Source: Ascoidea asiatica JCM 7603 (Eukaryota; Fungi; Ascomycota). From it: DNA of 64,000 bases. Location of the stretch: contig BCKQ01000005.1 of the NCBI GenBank assembly GCA_001600695.1, positions 797,820 to 861,819 on the forward strand. Direction: 5' to 3'. The translations under genes were made by a program, and so were the position numbers. Shown piece by piece: positions 23,068 to 34,602 of the stretch (its first letter is position 1; each line of letters begins with the position of its first letter). The notes beneath the pieces were generated by a model that was not told the origin of the DNA, ran no database searches, and saw only the letters and a program-made list of their open reading frames with translations.

Positions 23068-23103
<36 letters not shown>
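23068..23103 (+). repeat. (TAA)12 microsatellite in the 5' leader of the LYC1-like gene
   Basis: Uninterrupted TAA run ending 18 bp before the ATG at 23122. Confidence 0.9.
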
Positions 23104-23108
<5 letters not shown>

Positions 23109-23121
23109 CTTTTAAACAAAA

Positions 23122-24354
23122 ATGACAATCTCTGATCGATACATTCTTAAAAGAACAAATGATCCAAAAATTATTAAATTTTGTCATGAAAATAATGGTC
23201 AAATTTGGAAAAATAAACTATCAATTCAACAATATGTTAATAGAGAAAAATTCTTAGGTTCTTTAAAAATTTGTTCTCCAAATAAAATTAAATTAAATTC
23301 TTTTTATAATGATAATATTTCAGATAATTTAGGTATTCATTATTATATTTTATTAGATACTTTAAATAATAATAAAATTGTTGGTTCTTGTGAAACTTTA
23401 TCTAGATTCTTTTATAAAATTGATTCTAATTCAAATTCAAATTCAAATGGAAAATTAATCAAAATCATCTCTCCAACAATTGGTGGAGTCTTTATAGCTA
23501 ATGATGAAAGATCAAAGGGTCTTGGAAAAATTATGATTAGATCTTTAGATAATTTAATTGAAAAAAAATATGGTTCTCATTCTTTTTCAACTCTTTATTC
23601 TGAAGTTAGTACTTATTATGAAAGATTTTCTTATATAACAAAAGCTATAAATTTATCAGTTATTAAACTTAATGATAACTTATTATCTAATAACTTATTA
23701 TCAAATAATTTAACTGATAATACTTTAAATATTAGTCAAAATAATTTATCTATATCTCTTATAGATTCAATTGATACAATTAAACAATTAATAATTAAAG
23801 ATAAATTAGATCTTGAAAAAAAATTAATTCATGATTTTAATAATGATGGAATTACTAGAATTTCTTGTGTTCCAGATTTTGAAATTTATGATTGGCATTT
23901 TCAAAGAGCTAATTTTATTAATCCTTTATTAGGTCTTAATCCTCCAACTGATTTTGGTTTTAAAATTATTGATAAAAATAACAATAATAATGTTTTAGGT
24001 TTTATAATTTGGAGTTATAATTATAATTCAAGTTCTCCAAATTTAAATATTTTAAAAATTTCAGTCAATGATGATATTCAAAATGATTTAAAATTTAAAA
24101 TCTTTAAAATTTTAATTATCAATTCTATTAAACATTCTTTAAGTACAAAAAATTTAAAATCTATAAAAATTTGGCAAAGTGATATACCAGTTTCAATTTA
24201 TGAAAATTCTTTATCTTGGTTTAAATCAGACTTTAATAATAATATTCAAATTGATGTTGAAAATGATTCAATTTCAGCTGTGAAATTTTATGATGATGAA
24301 TTAAATTCAAAAGATTTTATTTGGGAACACAATACAAAATATTGTTGGTTTTAG
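23122..24354 (+). CDS. GNAT-fold N-acetyltransferase, LYC1/YGR111W-like (putative lysine acetyltransferase)
   Basis: N---W---LS-QQYVNRE, IVGSCETL-R, IGGVFI---RSKGLG--MI (acetyl-CoA motif A), TLYSEV--YYERF, YDWH--R, C-terminal W--NTKYCWF. Confidence 0.85.
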   Translation: MTISDRYILKRTNDPKIIKFCHENNGQIWKNKLSIQQYVNREKFLGSLKICSPNKIKLNSFYNDNISDNLGIHYYILLDTLNNNKIVGSCETLSRFFYKIDSNSNSNSNGKLIKIISPTIGGVFIANDERSKGLGKIMIRSLDNLIEKKYGSHSFSTLYSEVSTYYERFSYITKAINLSVIKLNDNLLSNNLLSNNLTDNTLNISQNNLSISLIDSIDTIKQLIIKDKLDLEKKLIHDFNNDGITRISCVPDFEIYDWHFQRANFINPLLGLNPPTDFGFKIIDKNNNNNVLGFIIWSYNYNSSSPNLNILKISVNDDIQNDLKFKIFKILIINSIKHSLSTKNLKSIKIWQSDIPVSIYENSLSWFKSDFNNNIQIDVENDSISAVKFYDDELNSKDFIWEHNTKYCWF

Positions 24355-24491
24355 AAAAATCAATATAACTTTTTATAGCTTTTTATAACTTTTAATAATT
24401 TTTTATGATCTTTTAAAATTTTATCATATATAATATATAATATATATATACTCTACTTTTTTATTTTTTAACTTTATATTCTTTAATAATA

Positions 24492-25279
24492 TTAATTTTT
24501 TTTAACATTTTCATCAAGATTTAAACCAGTAATCTCAATTATACTTTCTCTTGTTTTATTCAATTTATTTTCAAGTGATTTTTCAGTACTTTCATATGTA
24601 TTTTCAATAGTATTATACGAATTTTTAATTCCACCTTTAACATCATCTTGTACAGAAGCAACAATTGGTAAATATTTTTTTTCAAGATAATATGAATAAT
24701 TTTTTGAATTAAAATATGTTTCTGGTAAACAAAATTTAAATGCAATTAATCCAAAAATTATTGGAATTGTTGATTTTATTATAATAGGTTTTCTTCTACT
24801 AATTATTGATCCTGTTGCAGTCGCAATTCCAATATAAATTAAATTTGGTAATAAATCTTCATTTTTGGATCTTAAATTTGAAATATTTCCTACAACCATT
24901 TTTTCTTTTGAATAATACATTCTTGTTAATGATGTTAAACTATTTTCAATTGTTTTTTTACTATTAATTAATTTAACTCTTGAAAAATTGAAAAATTTTT
25001 CAAATATTGTTGGTGATCTGATTGAAATTCCATCTACAATTTTATTAGGTCCAAGAATTTTTAGTTCTGAAGCTGAAGCTGCAACTATTGTTCCAGGTAT
25101 TGGTACAATAGCTTCATCATCACTATAAAAGTCTCTTTTCTATGAATCATTTCAAAACAATATAACGTTAGTTAAAATTATGAAATTATTAATGAATTTA
25201 TTAATGAAATTATTAACGAAATTATTTCAAAAATGAAGTTATGAAACCACCAAAAGCAATCGATACATACTCCAGTCAT
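24492..25279 (-). CDS. MIC26: MICOS subunit Mic26 (ApoO family), 218 aa; exons 25279-25271 and 25139-24492
   Basis: Spliced product MTG|KRDFYSDDEAIVPIPG...GPNKIVDGISIRSP...EDLLPNLIYIGIATATGSIISRRK...FKFCLPETY matches Mic26 features. The join is in frame. Confidence 0.9.
25140..25270 (-). other. Spliceosomal intron of MIC26 (131 nt, phase 0)
   Basis: 5' GTATGT at 25270, branch AACTAAC (25173-25167), 3' TAG ending at 25140. Confidence 0.9.
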
Positions 25280-25633
25280 TATTATACACTTGGGATAATT
25301 AATATCAAAGTTTCCTTTAAATTTTTTTCCAATTGATATATTTGTTTCTTGACTATTTTCTTCTGATTCTATTTGCTCATGATAAACCTTTATTGGAATT
25401 ACTCTATTTATTTATTATTATATTGTGATCAATTAACTCGCGATTGGCCCAGCTTGGAGTCCACCCATCTGATCCACCGCACTGGTTCTGTGCTTTCGGA
25501 CAGATACGCCAACGGTAAAGATTTGAACACTTGCAAAATATTTGGAATATTTCCAGCAAATCAACCTAGAAATAATAATAAAACTATTGAAATCCAATTA
25601 CAGATAATATAAAACAAATAATAATTTAACAAG

Positions 25634-26277
25634 ATGGTATGTAATTCAATTATAAAAGAAAAGAAAACCAAATATAATTCAAGTTCAACTGTTGAAAAAG
25701 AAATACTAATCAATTCTAGAATTCAAATTTGCAACCAGATAATGCTCCTCCTCAAACAGAAAGTCGTTATTCTCATCCTGTGGCAACTTTTTGCTATATA
25801 GGTTTCAGAGTAGCTTGTTTATTTTTTTATTTATTTGGTGGAATAGTCACTCGTGGAAATTATATATTTCAATTTATTTTAATAATCCTTTTTTCCGCAA
25901 TGGATTTTTGGAATACAAAAAATGTTTCTGGAAGATTAATGGTTGGATTAAGATGGTGGAATGAAACATCAATGGAAGGAGAAACTAAATTAGTATTCCA
26001 AAGGGCTCCAGAAAATGTTAAAGTAAATCCTGTTGATTCTAATGTTTTTTGGGTAGTTTTGTTTGCAACACCTGTTTTATGGTTTTTATTTGGAATAGTT
26101 GCATTAATGAAATTAGAACTTTTGAATTTAATTATTATATTGATAACACTTTCATTAACATTTATTAATGCTTATGCTTATACAAAATGTGGGGATATTT
26201 TAAAATCTTCTTTATTTAGTTCTTTCCCTGGAACTTCATTACTTACGAGAATTCCTTTTGTTTCAAGATTATTTTAA
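25634..26277 (+). CDS. TVP23: Golgi membrane protein Tvp23, 186 aa; exons 25634-25636 and 25720-26277
   Basis: SHPV, MDFWNTKNVSGRLMVGLRWWNE, VNPVDSNVFW. An ATG-only first exon joins in frame (M|NSNLQPD). Confidence 0.93.
25637..25719 (+). other. Spliceosomal intron of TVP23 (83 nt, immediately after ATG)
   Basis: ATG|GTATGT, branch TACTAAT (25704-25710), 3' TAG at 25717-25719. Confidence 0.9.
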
Positions 26278-26441
26278 TAATTCAACAATTACATTCATCA
26301 ATCTTAAAAATGTTCTACTTTACTTCTTAAGAGAAAAAAAAAAATATTTCACTTGAATCTAAATTCATGATTTATTAATGAACTTCAAAACGGTAGAAAC
26401 TGTAATGTTGATAAAGAAAGCCCAAATTTATTCATTTTCAA

Positions 26442-27760
26442 CTAATAATCAAGGTGTCTTTGTTTAACCCACCCATTTTTAATTCTATTGTCCACATCTA
26501 ACTGTATCATTAAGTCATTATCAGTTTCATTTTCATTTTCATTTTCAATTTCATTAGAGTTGGAATTATAATTTTCTAGCATTCCAGTGTTAGTATTACT
26601 CATAACATTTATATAATTATTTGAATAAATGTCAATTGCATTAGAAGAATAAGGATTAGAGGGTGAAATTTCTTCAGTTTGCTTCAAAGTTTTTGCAGAG
26701 TGATCTTTAGTCTTTGAACTTCTATAAGAAGATGCACTAGAAAGAAAATTTGTTGCTCTTTCTCTTAATGAATGTACTTTAGAAATATTAATTGAATTAC
26801 TAAAACTTCTATGTCTACTCAAAGTTCTATAGAGTTTATTACCTGTTTCGGAAGGACCTAACTTTTGCTTCAAACGATCACAAATATAACCAAAAGAAAG
26901 CTTTGAAGAAGATCTATTTCTTAATCCTTTATTATAATAATTGTAATTACCATTTTCATTCTCTTGATCACTATTCTCTCTATTTTCTTTATTTTCATCA
27001 TTATAAATTTCAGGTTGAGCAGTTGTAGCTGTATTAAACCAAGAAAAAGCACTACGATCATCTGCTTCTGGACGAAGTTTTGCACTTTTTAAAGGACTTA
27101 AAACCTCAAATCTATCTAGAATATAATTTTTTAATGTTTCACTTTTATCATACCGTAATGATTGACCTTTAAATGAATATAATAATTTATAGGTCAGTAT
27201 ATTTTTTTTTTTTTATTTTACAAATGTTAAGAAAAGTAAAAGAAAAGGTTAAAATTACCATCACCAAATACTTTTGAGAAATAGGAACTTGAAGGAGACT
27301 CATTATTTTGCTTTGCTAAATTTTCAAGATATTCTTTACGTATTTGAGAAGATTGAGGCCATTTATTAAAATCCGATCTATTGTTATCATTATTTGGCCA
27401 AAAGTTTCCTTGATATGATTTTGAATTATTTAAAAATGGAGTTTTTTCTAAAAAAGGATTTTGACCACATTCTGGAGAAGATGTATCCAAGCTATTTTCA
27501 GGATGATTTGAAGGTACAGTAGCACTCTGATAAAGATCATAAATATCATCACAAGTTAAAGTATAATCATATATGGGTTTTAATAATTTAATTGAATTTG
27601 ATTTTTTAATTGTTATTCCATTATTGCAGTAACTTGAGGAAGGTAAAAATATTGAATTTGAGGAGCCGATATTTAATTTATTGAGAGTATGAGAATCAGG
27701 AACAGTAAAAGGTCTTAACTGTGATTCACTGAAAGATTTTGAAAAATCTACTAAAGACAT
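26442..27760 (-). CDS. Hypothetical spliced protein, 408 aa; exons 27760-27259 and 27166-26442
   Basis: Joins two track ORFs. Exon 2 is stop-free for 241 codons and has no ATG near its 5' end. Removing a 92-nt GT..AG intron gives in-frame ...KVFGDG|QSLRYDKSETLKNY... Confidence 0.75.
27167..27258 (-). other. Putative spliceosomal intron (92 nt, phase 1) with non-consensus signals
   Basis: 5' GTAATT at 27258, branch TACTGAC (27199-27193), 3' AAG ending at 27167. Confidence 0.7.
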
Positions 27761-28575
27761 TCTATTAATTATACAACTTATTAGTAAATATGAATAATAT
27801 AACTTTGAAATGACTAGAGGCAAAAGCAGAAGCAAAATTACAAATGTTTTTTCTTTTTTTTTAAAAAAAAAAAATATGTAGCAAACTTTAAAAAGATTTA
27901 TATGTTTTTATAATGATATATTTATTTTATTATATTTAATTGAATGATTTTTATAATAATTGAAAAATAGTAAAAGATTTTTTCAGAATATATTTGAAAT
28001 AAGTTTCATGATATTAAATTCCTGATAATCTTTTATTCATCTCAACTACTTTTCCTCCATTTTACATTTATTATTCTATCTTTGCAAAAGGATTCTTTGG
28101 AAGCGATAAGCTCCTAAAAAAGGTGTGGTTTTGTGTTTTTGGTGAAGGAAACGAATTCAAAAAATCGAAGTTTTGGTATTTGCAGTCTGAAAACGGAAAA
28201 TTAGCTAAAAAATAGAGTGCATGCACAAACAGACCGGAGATGCCTCTGTACGCCTCAGGAAGCAGAAACAGCTAAAACAGAAATATTGAAAAAAAAAAAT
28301 TGGTTCTTTAAAGCTCAAAGAGAATAGTCACTACAAAAATATAAATGCTTAAGTATAGTACAGTCTAATTAATGTTATTTACCAATTCAATAAAATAAAA
28401 ATAATAAAAGGTATCGTGAGAGAAAGTATAAAAAAAAAAGGTATAAATCCTAAACAAAAATTACTCTAAATGTAAGCACCAAAATTATTCAATGACTTAA
28501 ACTTAAAATAAGAGTTTTAAGTCAGTTAAATAAAAATAAGAAACAAAAAAATGCAGTTATGTTCACATTGAAAAT

Positions 28576-29568
28576 TTACATTTTTGGTTTGGGCCAAAAT
28601 TCTTTATTTCTTAATATCCAAGGATGCGTTTTAACTTCTGATAATTGAATTCTTCTCGACGGATCATGTCTTAATAATCTTTTTATAAGATCTGCAGCAT
28701 CTGGAGATATATTTGAAGGTATTCTTAAATCAACAGTTGCAATTCTTTTAAATGTTAAATTTCTAAGATCTTCTTCAAAAGGTGGTTTACCTACTAAAAA
28801 TTCATACATTAGTATTCCTAAAGCCCATATATCAACTTTTTCATTATGATCTTTTGCCTCAACCATTTCTGGAGGTAAATAATCAAGAGTCCCACACATT
28901 GTTGATCTTCTTAGAGATGGTGCATGAACACTCCATCCAAAATCTGAAAGTTTTATTATATTATCAAAACCTAATAATATGTTTTCTGGCTTTATATCTC
29001 TATGAATTACATGTTTTTTATGAAGATAAAATAAAGCATCTGCCATTTGATAAATGTAATGAGAAGCATAAACATCATTGAATCTTCCCTTCTTCTTCAA
29101 AAATCCATATAATTCACCATGAATTACATATTCTAAAATTAAATAAACTCTTTTTTCATCATGGAAATAACCAAATAATCTCACAATATTTGGATGTCTT
29201 AAATGTGATTGAATTTCGACTTCTCTTCTGAACTGAATCTCAACTTTACATTCTGTTAATTCTTTTTTTTCCATGACTTTTAAAGCACAAACATAGCCAC
29301 TAACTTTATCTCGAACACAATATACTTTACCAAACTTTCCTCTTCCCAATTTCCTACCAATTTCAAAATCATGAATTGAATAGTTTCTTAATGGAATCTG
29401 GTTTGCTTTCATTACATTACTTATACGTTGAAATCCAATATTTGGATTATTAGAAGTTGAGCTATTACCTCCAAGTCCAAATTTTATATCTGAATTCTGC
29501 TTCCATATATTATGATTAGTTTTGGTCAATGTAGAACCAGTTGCAGAGTTTGGATTATATGTCAGCAT
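28576..29568 (-). CDS. IPL1: Aurora kinase
   Basis: [71 protein letters not shown]. Confidence 0.97.
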   Translation of the reverse strand: MLTYNPNSATGSTLTKTNHNIWKQNSDIKFGLGGNSSTSNNPNIGFQRISNVMKANQIPLRNYSIHDFEIGRKLGRGKFGKVYCVRDKVSGYVCALKVMEKKELTECKVEIQFRREVEIQSHLRHPNIVRLFGYFHDEKRVYLILEYVIHGELYGFLKKKGRFNDVYASHYIYQMADALFYLHKKHVIHRDIKPENILLGFDNIIKLSDFGWSVHAPSLRRSTMCGTLDYLPPEMVEAKDHNEKVDIWALGILMYEFLVGKPPFEEDLRNLTFKRIATVDLRIPSNISPDAADLIKRLLRHDPSRRIQLSEVKTHPWILRNKEFWPKPKM

Positions 29569-30437
29569 TTTTTATTTCTTAAAAGAAAATCTATTAATAT
29601 ACTTTGGTGAACTATCTGGGCTGAAAATTGGACTAGAATTTTGGAGCTTTTTGAACTTCAATTTCCTTTAAAATAAACAAAAAAGACTAGAAAAAAAAAG
29701 AAACTAATAATAAAGAAAGAAAATTTAAAAGAAAACAATTTCTTGATATCTTCGTTCTCAAATATTTCTAACTTTTTATGGTTTCAACTACTTCTCTAAA
29801 GTTTCTTCTCTGTTTGAGAATAATTTTGAATTTTGAAATCGATGGATGAATGAGTTTATTGTTACAAATGTGTAGGAAACTGTCAATATTTACTTTTTAC
29901 CACAAACGGACAATCAAAACATGTTCTTGATGTGGGAGCATGTAAACACACACGCTTACATACAGAATTATGCATCTCTGCCAATTCAAAAATATTTGGA
30001 TATTTTAATTATTAATTCTGAAATAAAAAAAGAATTATTGATGTTTTATTGCTACGTTTTCATTGAATTGATGTTCGAAAATAAAATTAAATAATTTTTA
30101 TTCTATAAGTCATATCGTAAAAATATCACGAGTAAAAAAAATCATAAATACAATAATAAATACAGTAGTAAATAGAAAATAAATAACTAAACATCATCTC
30201 ACAAAACATAGCAAAAAATTAACAAAAAGAAGAAAGATAGAAAGAAAAAACAGAAGCTGAAAAAATGAAAAAATAGAAAACACAACAGCAGCTAACTGAA
30301 AAAATTATTGATTGATATATGAGAATTCAATGAAAAGAGAAAAGTTTAAAAAAATTTGAATACCCTGACTAAAGAAAGCTTTGATTTATAAAAATAAAAA
30401 TAATGAATTTGAAACTTTATACAAAAAACAGCTACCA

Positions 30438-33400
30438 TTAAAAATTTTGATTGTTGGTACTGCTTTCAATAAAGTTAATAGGATTACTCGTGTTTGTTCC
30501 CGTTTGAGTTGTATTACTATCTTGTTCTTCTTGCTTGGCTTTTTTCATAAATATTATCAATTGAGATCGTAGTTCATTATAACATGAATCACTGAATTGA
30601 AATTCTCCATTTAAAGCTGCACTCACAACAGCATTAAGTAAAGCAGCCTTCTTTCTAGAAGTTAGATTAACTAATTGAGAATTCATATTTCCGGAACGAT
30701 TACCACTTGAATTCAATTGATTTGAATTTGATAATCCACCCTTAGAACCTGATCTAGACATATGAGCTTGAGGATTTAAAGTGGTGGCACTATTTGATAC
30801 GATTGAGTTAATAGTATGCATGGATGCTGGAGAAAGAATAGAAGGAGAAGATAAACTAGAATCTGGAATTGATGTATTAGTACGAGTAGAAGGAGGTGGT
30901 TGACCAACAAATTGATCATTTGTATTTGAACCATTGACTACTTGATTAATTGACATTATAGGTGTTTTTTCAACAGAATTACTATTAAGTCCAGTATTAT
31001 CACTTGAATATCCAAAACTTGAGTACAAATTTCTATTTGAATTATTGCTATTCAAAGTTGGATTTAATGTATTACCAAACAGACTAATATTCATATTTTG
31101 TGAATTTGAATTATTTCCTTGACCGGAATCAAACATATGATATGATTTCATAAGACTTGATGTATTAAGAGATCCAATTCCATTATTATTATTATTGTTA
31201 TTATTATTATTACTGTTCATATTATTAGAATTATCATTATTTGAGATAGAATTATTATTGTTATATGAATTTGTGAAAGAGGAAACATTATTATCAGTTC
31301 CATCTGGATTCATATTAGAATTCATTGTAGGATAATTAATGTCAAATGGTTGAGAATTAGAGCCATTATTAGACAAAGCATTTGTGTTATTTCCTATGTT
31401 ATCATTACCACTAGTTAAAGCAGAATTTTGGCCTGCGTTAACACCAAGAGAAGACTCAATTAAATCATAAGCAGTGGTATCAAATAAAGATGATTGATTT
31501 GAGTTAATCAGTGGTCTTGATACAGAAGGCAAGAGATTATTTGTTGTTGGTGAATTATAGTAACTATTATTTTGTTTATTGTTATTATTATTATTATTAT
31601 TATTAATGCTATTATTGTTTATATTATTGATATTATTGTTATTATTATTGTTATTGTTATTTGAACCTTGGAAATAAGGTACTTGATTTTGATAAAAGTT
31701 GGTACCAAAAAGATTATTTTTGGGTATATATTGATTTGAAGTTGAAGAATTTATTGGATAATTAGATAAATTATTTGAGTTTGGTAAATAAGTATTCATT
31801 AAACCGGGATCATTATTAGATATTTGAGATTCGTTTGAGTCTACTATTGTGTTATTCATTGAGGAAATTGGGTTTCCTAATTCATTAGAAGCATATGCAT
31901 TTGTAGTAGGTTCCCATTCTTCAATAATGCAAGAATCTATCATATCAACAGGGGAGTTAAATAATAAAATTTTTAATTCTTCTGGTAAATCTAATAATTC
32001 ATCAACGTTCCATTTTTCAGAAACAATTAATTGTTGTATAACTTGAGTTAATTTAATTTCATTATTTTGAAATGAAGGATTTTGATAATTAGAATCTGAA
32101 TTGATTGAATTATTATTCCATAAACTTGAATTTTGATTTGAAGATATATTATTATTCATTAATGAAGCTTCTTCTTCTTCAACTTTAGATTCAGGTACAT
32201 TAGTATCAGGATCTAATAAACCAGAATTTGCCCAAGAATTTTTAATTAAATCATTACTTATACTATCCCAAGCATTTTTTATCATTGTCATTACATCAAT
32301 TAAAGAAAGTGTATAAGAACTTGAAGGTAAAGGTTGATTAATTCCAGATTTAATTTGAGAATGTATAACAGAAATATATTGTTGTAATCTGTATAAGCAT
32401 TTAAATTCTCTTATAATACCTAATTGCATTGGTAATAATTCATTAGAAAAATTTTGATTTTGATTTTGATTTTGGTTTTGATTCTGAGTTTGATTTTGAT
32501 TTTGATTTGGAGAACCATTTTTTGAATTAGAAGAAGATATAAATATAAGTTGAACAAAATCTAATTTTATATTAACAACTCTATGAGAAGCAGCATCATC
32601 TATTATTACAATTATATGTCTATTATTTATTGAAAGTCTTTTATCTAAAACAGCTAACCAATCATAAAACATTGTTGAAGTTAACCAAGCTCTTTTATTA
32701 CTTTTATAAGTTACACCATATTTATTTGTTATTTTTACAGCAGGTTTACCATCAAAACAAGTCATATTTTCAAAATGACCAATAATTAAAGGTTCCAATT
32801 TTTCAGAACCATCAGAATTTGTTGCAAGCATAATACTTAAACCATTTTTATTTGTATAAGTATTATCTTTATAAATTAATTTTTTATCTAAAGGTAATTG
32901 AAAAAAAATAAAAAATTCATCAAGAGTAAAAATATCAGTTTTTTTATATTGTTTTAAAAAATTTTTTAATAAATCTTTTTCATTAAAAGACCAAATTTTT
33001 AATGGTTTAATTAATTCATTTTCAATATTATTTAAATTAACATTCATTTTACTTAAGAAATGATTACACCATTTATGACTAAATTCACCAGTACCTTCTC
33101 TTGAATTTACAGGTAAAATTTTCCATAAACTTGTTGCAGAATTTTGAATTATTGGTATAGTTATTGGAATATTATCCCAAACAGATTGAAAAATCCATTC
33201 TTGTAAAATTTTTCTTAATAAAACATTTGAAGGTTTTCTTCTTCTAATTAATCTAAATTCATGTTCTTTTAAAGCAATTAATTCATCTTTTTTTGATAAA
33301 ATTCTTGAAATTGTTGTTTGTGAAGGAGGTTTTGAAGTACCATATTTTTTTTTTGCCCAATTTGCTAAATCAGCTTGTGTCATATCTGGATTTGATTCCG

Positions 33401-33467
33401 ACATTAAACAAATATCTATTTTTTGTTTAATTGTATAGCCCATTTTTGTTACGTGAGGATTTAGCAT
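30438..33467 (-). CDS. PDC2: Pdc2 transcription factor (CENP-B/pogo-derived HTH plus DDE_1-like domain; thiamine/PDC regulon)
   Basis: MGYTIKQKIDICL--E-NP-MTQADLANWA---Y---KPPSQTTISRIL, GEFSHKWCNHFL, NSDGSEKLEPLIIG, Y-SNKRAWLTSTMFYDWL, DDAASH. The second ATG (33443) may be the true start. Confidence 0.88.
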   Translation of the reverse strand: MLNPHVTKMGYTIKQKIDICLMSESNPDMTQADLANWAKKKYGTSKPPSQTTISRILSKKDELIALKEHEFRLIRRRKPSNVLLRKILQEWIFQSVWDNIPITIPIIQNSATSLWKILPVNSREGTGEFSHKWCNHFLSKMNVNLNNIENELIKPLKIWSFNEKDLLKNFLKQYKKTDIFTLDEFFIFFQLPLDKKLIYKDNTYTNKNGLSIMLATNSDGSEKLEPLIIGHFENMTCFDGKPAVKITNKYGVTYKSNKRAWLTSTMFYDWLAVLDKRLSINNRHIIVIIDDAASHRVVNIKLDFVQLIFISSSNSKNGSPNQNQNQTQNQNQNQNQNQNFSNELLPMQLGIIREFKCLYRLQQYISVIHSQIKSGINQPLPSSSYTLSLIDVMTMIKNAWDSISNDLIKNSWANSGLLDPDTNVPESKVEEEEASLMNNNISSNQNSSLWNNNSINSDSNYQNPSFQNNEIKLTQVIQQLIVSEKWNVDELLDLPEELKILLFNSPVDMIDSCIIEEWEPTTNAYASNELGNPISSMNNTIVDSNESQISNNDPGLMNTYLPNSNNLSNYPINSSTSNQYIPKNNLFGTNFYQNQVPYFQGSNNNNNNNNNNINNINNNSINNNNNNNNNKQNNSYYNSPTTNNLLPSVSRPLINSNQSSLFDTTAYDLIESSLGVNAGQNSALTSGNDNIGNNTNALSNNGSNSQPFDINYPTMNSNMNPDGTDNNVSSFTNSYNNNNSISNNDNSNNMNSNNNNNNNNNNGIGSLNTSSLMKSYHMFDSGQGNNSNSQNMNISLFGNTLNPTLNSNNSNRNLYSSFGYSSDNTGLNSNSVEKTPIMSINQVVNGSNTNDQFVGQPPPSTRTNTSIPDSSLSSPSILSPASMHTINSIVSNSATTLNPQAHMSRSGSKGGLSNSNQLNSSGNRSGNMNSQLVNLTSRKKAALLNAVVSAALNGEFQFSDSCYNELRSQLIIFMKKAKQEEQDSNTTQTGTNTSNPINFIESSTNNQNF

Positions 33468-34540
33468 TTAATATTTTTTTTTATTTATTTTAGTTGAATA
33501 GATTTTAAATGAATAAGTTTTAAATATTATAATTGAATAACTAGTAGTAATATTAGTAGTTAATTGTTAAATTGATTGAAATTGTTATTTGTTGAATTAG
33601 TTTAAATTGAAATTATTTTAATTTTTTTGTTTAATTAATTAATTAATAAAATCGATATATAGGCATTATATTGTATAATAATTGAATAAATGATTTATTG
33701 ATAAGTAGATAAATAAATATTGAATTATATAATGGAATTAGTTTAAGCAATAAATATTTGATTAATTGAAACTGGATAAGGAAATATGAATAAATAAGTA
33801 AGTAAGTAAGTAAGTAAAGAATAAAGAATAAAGAATAAATAAAGAATGAAAAGAGAATAATAAATTAGATGAAAATGTCAGGTATAAAAAGGTTTATTAG
33901 TACCTATAATAATTTAATTTTCTTAAAAAATTAATTAAATTATTATTATTTTAAATATTCTTATTATTCTTATTCTAGTTATTATTTTTGTTATTATTTT
34001 TGTTATTATTTTTAATATTCTTAAAATTCTTATTGTTTTTTTAATATATTTTCTTTTAGTACTAAATTAGTACTTATTAAATTGTATTCTTATAAGATTT
34101 TATGACTTTTTTAAAATTATACATTTAAAGGGACCAGGAAAACAACAAAAAAAGAGATAGAAATTCAAAATTTTTGATGATTTGACGTTAGAGAATATAT
34201 TTGATATATTTGATATATTTGGATATAATTGAAATATGTAATGATGAAATATATATATTTAATATATATCTAATATATATCTATTTTATAAATATATTGT
34301 ATCTGAAAATAATATTTGTATATCTTATTTACTTGGAGTAAAGTATTTATACTTAATTTATAGATATTTACAATAGATTGTAATATTGTAATATATTGCA
34401 CTAGTATTTGGAAGAAGGGATTTTGGTGGTGGATTGCCAGAAGCGAGTCGTTGGTAGTGGTAGTAGTAGTAGTTCTGGTAGTTCTGGTAGTTCTTTGGCG
34501 CTGCTGGTGTTAATCAAACATCTTGTGATGCTGGCAGTGG

Positions 34541-34602
34541 TACTTAGTTGTAGTGGTACTTAGTACTTAGTACTTAGTACTTACTTAGCACTTAGTACTT
34601 AG
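34541..34602. repeat. TACTTAG heptamer array upstream of PDC2
   Basis: About seven TACTTAG/CACTTAG units, mostly tandem. Confidence 0.8.

Noticed and set aside
30438-33467. Active Tc1/mariner-pogo DNA transposon
   Set aside because: No TIRs or TA duplication seen, third catalytic Asp missing, long Asn-rich tail, and the N-terminus matches host Pdc2.
34541-34602. CRISPR-like or telomeric repeat
   Set aside because: Units are 7 bp with no spacers, the locus is internal and eukaryotic, and there is no evidence it is the telomere unit.
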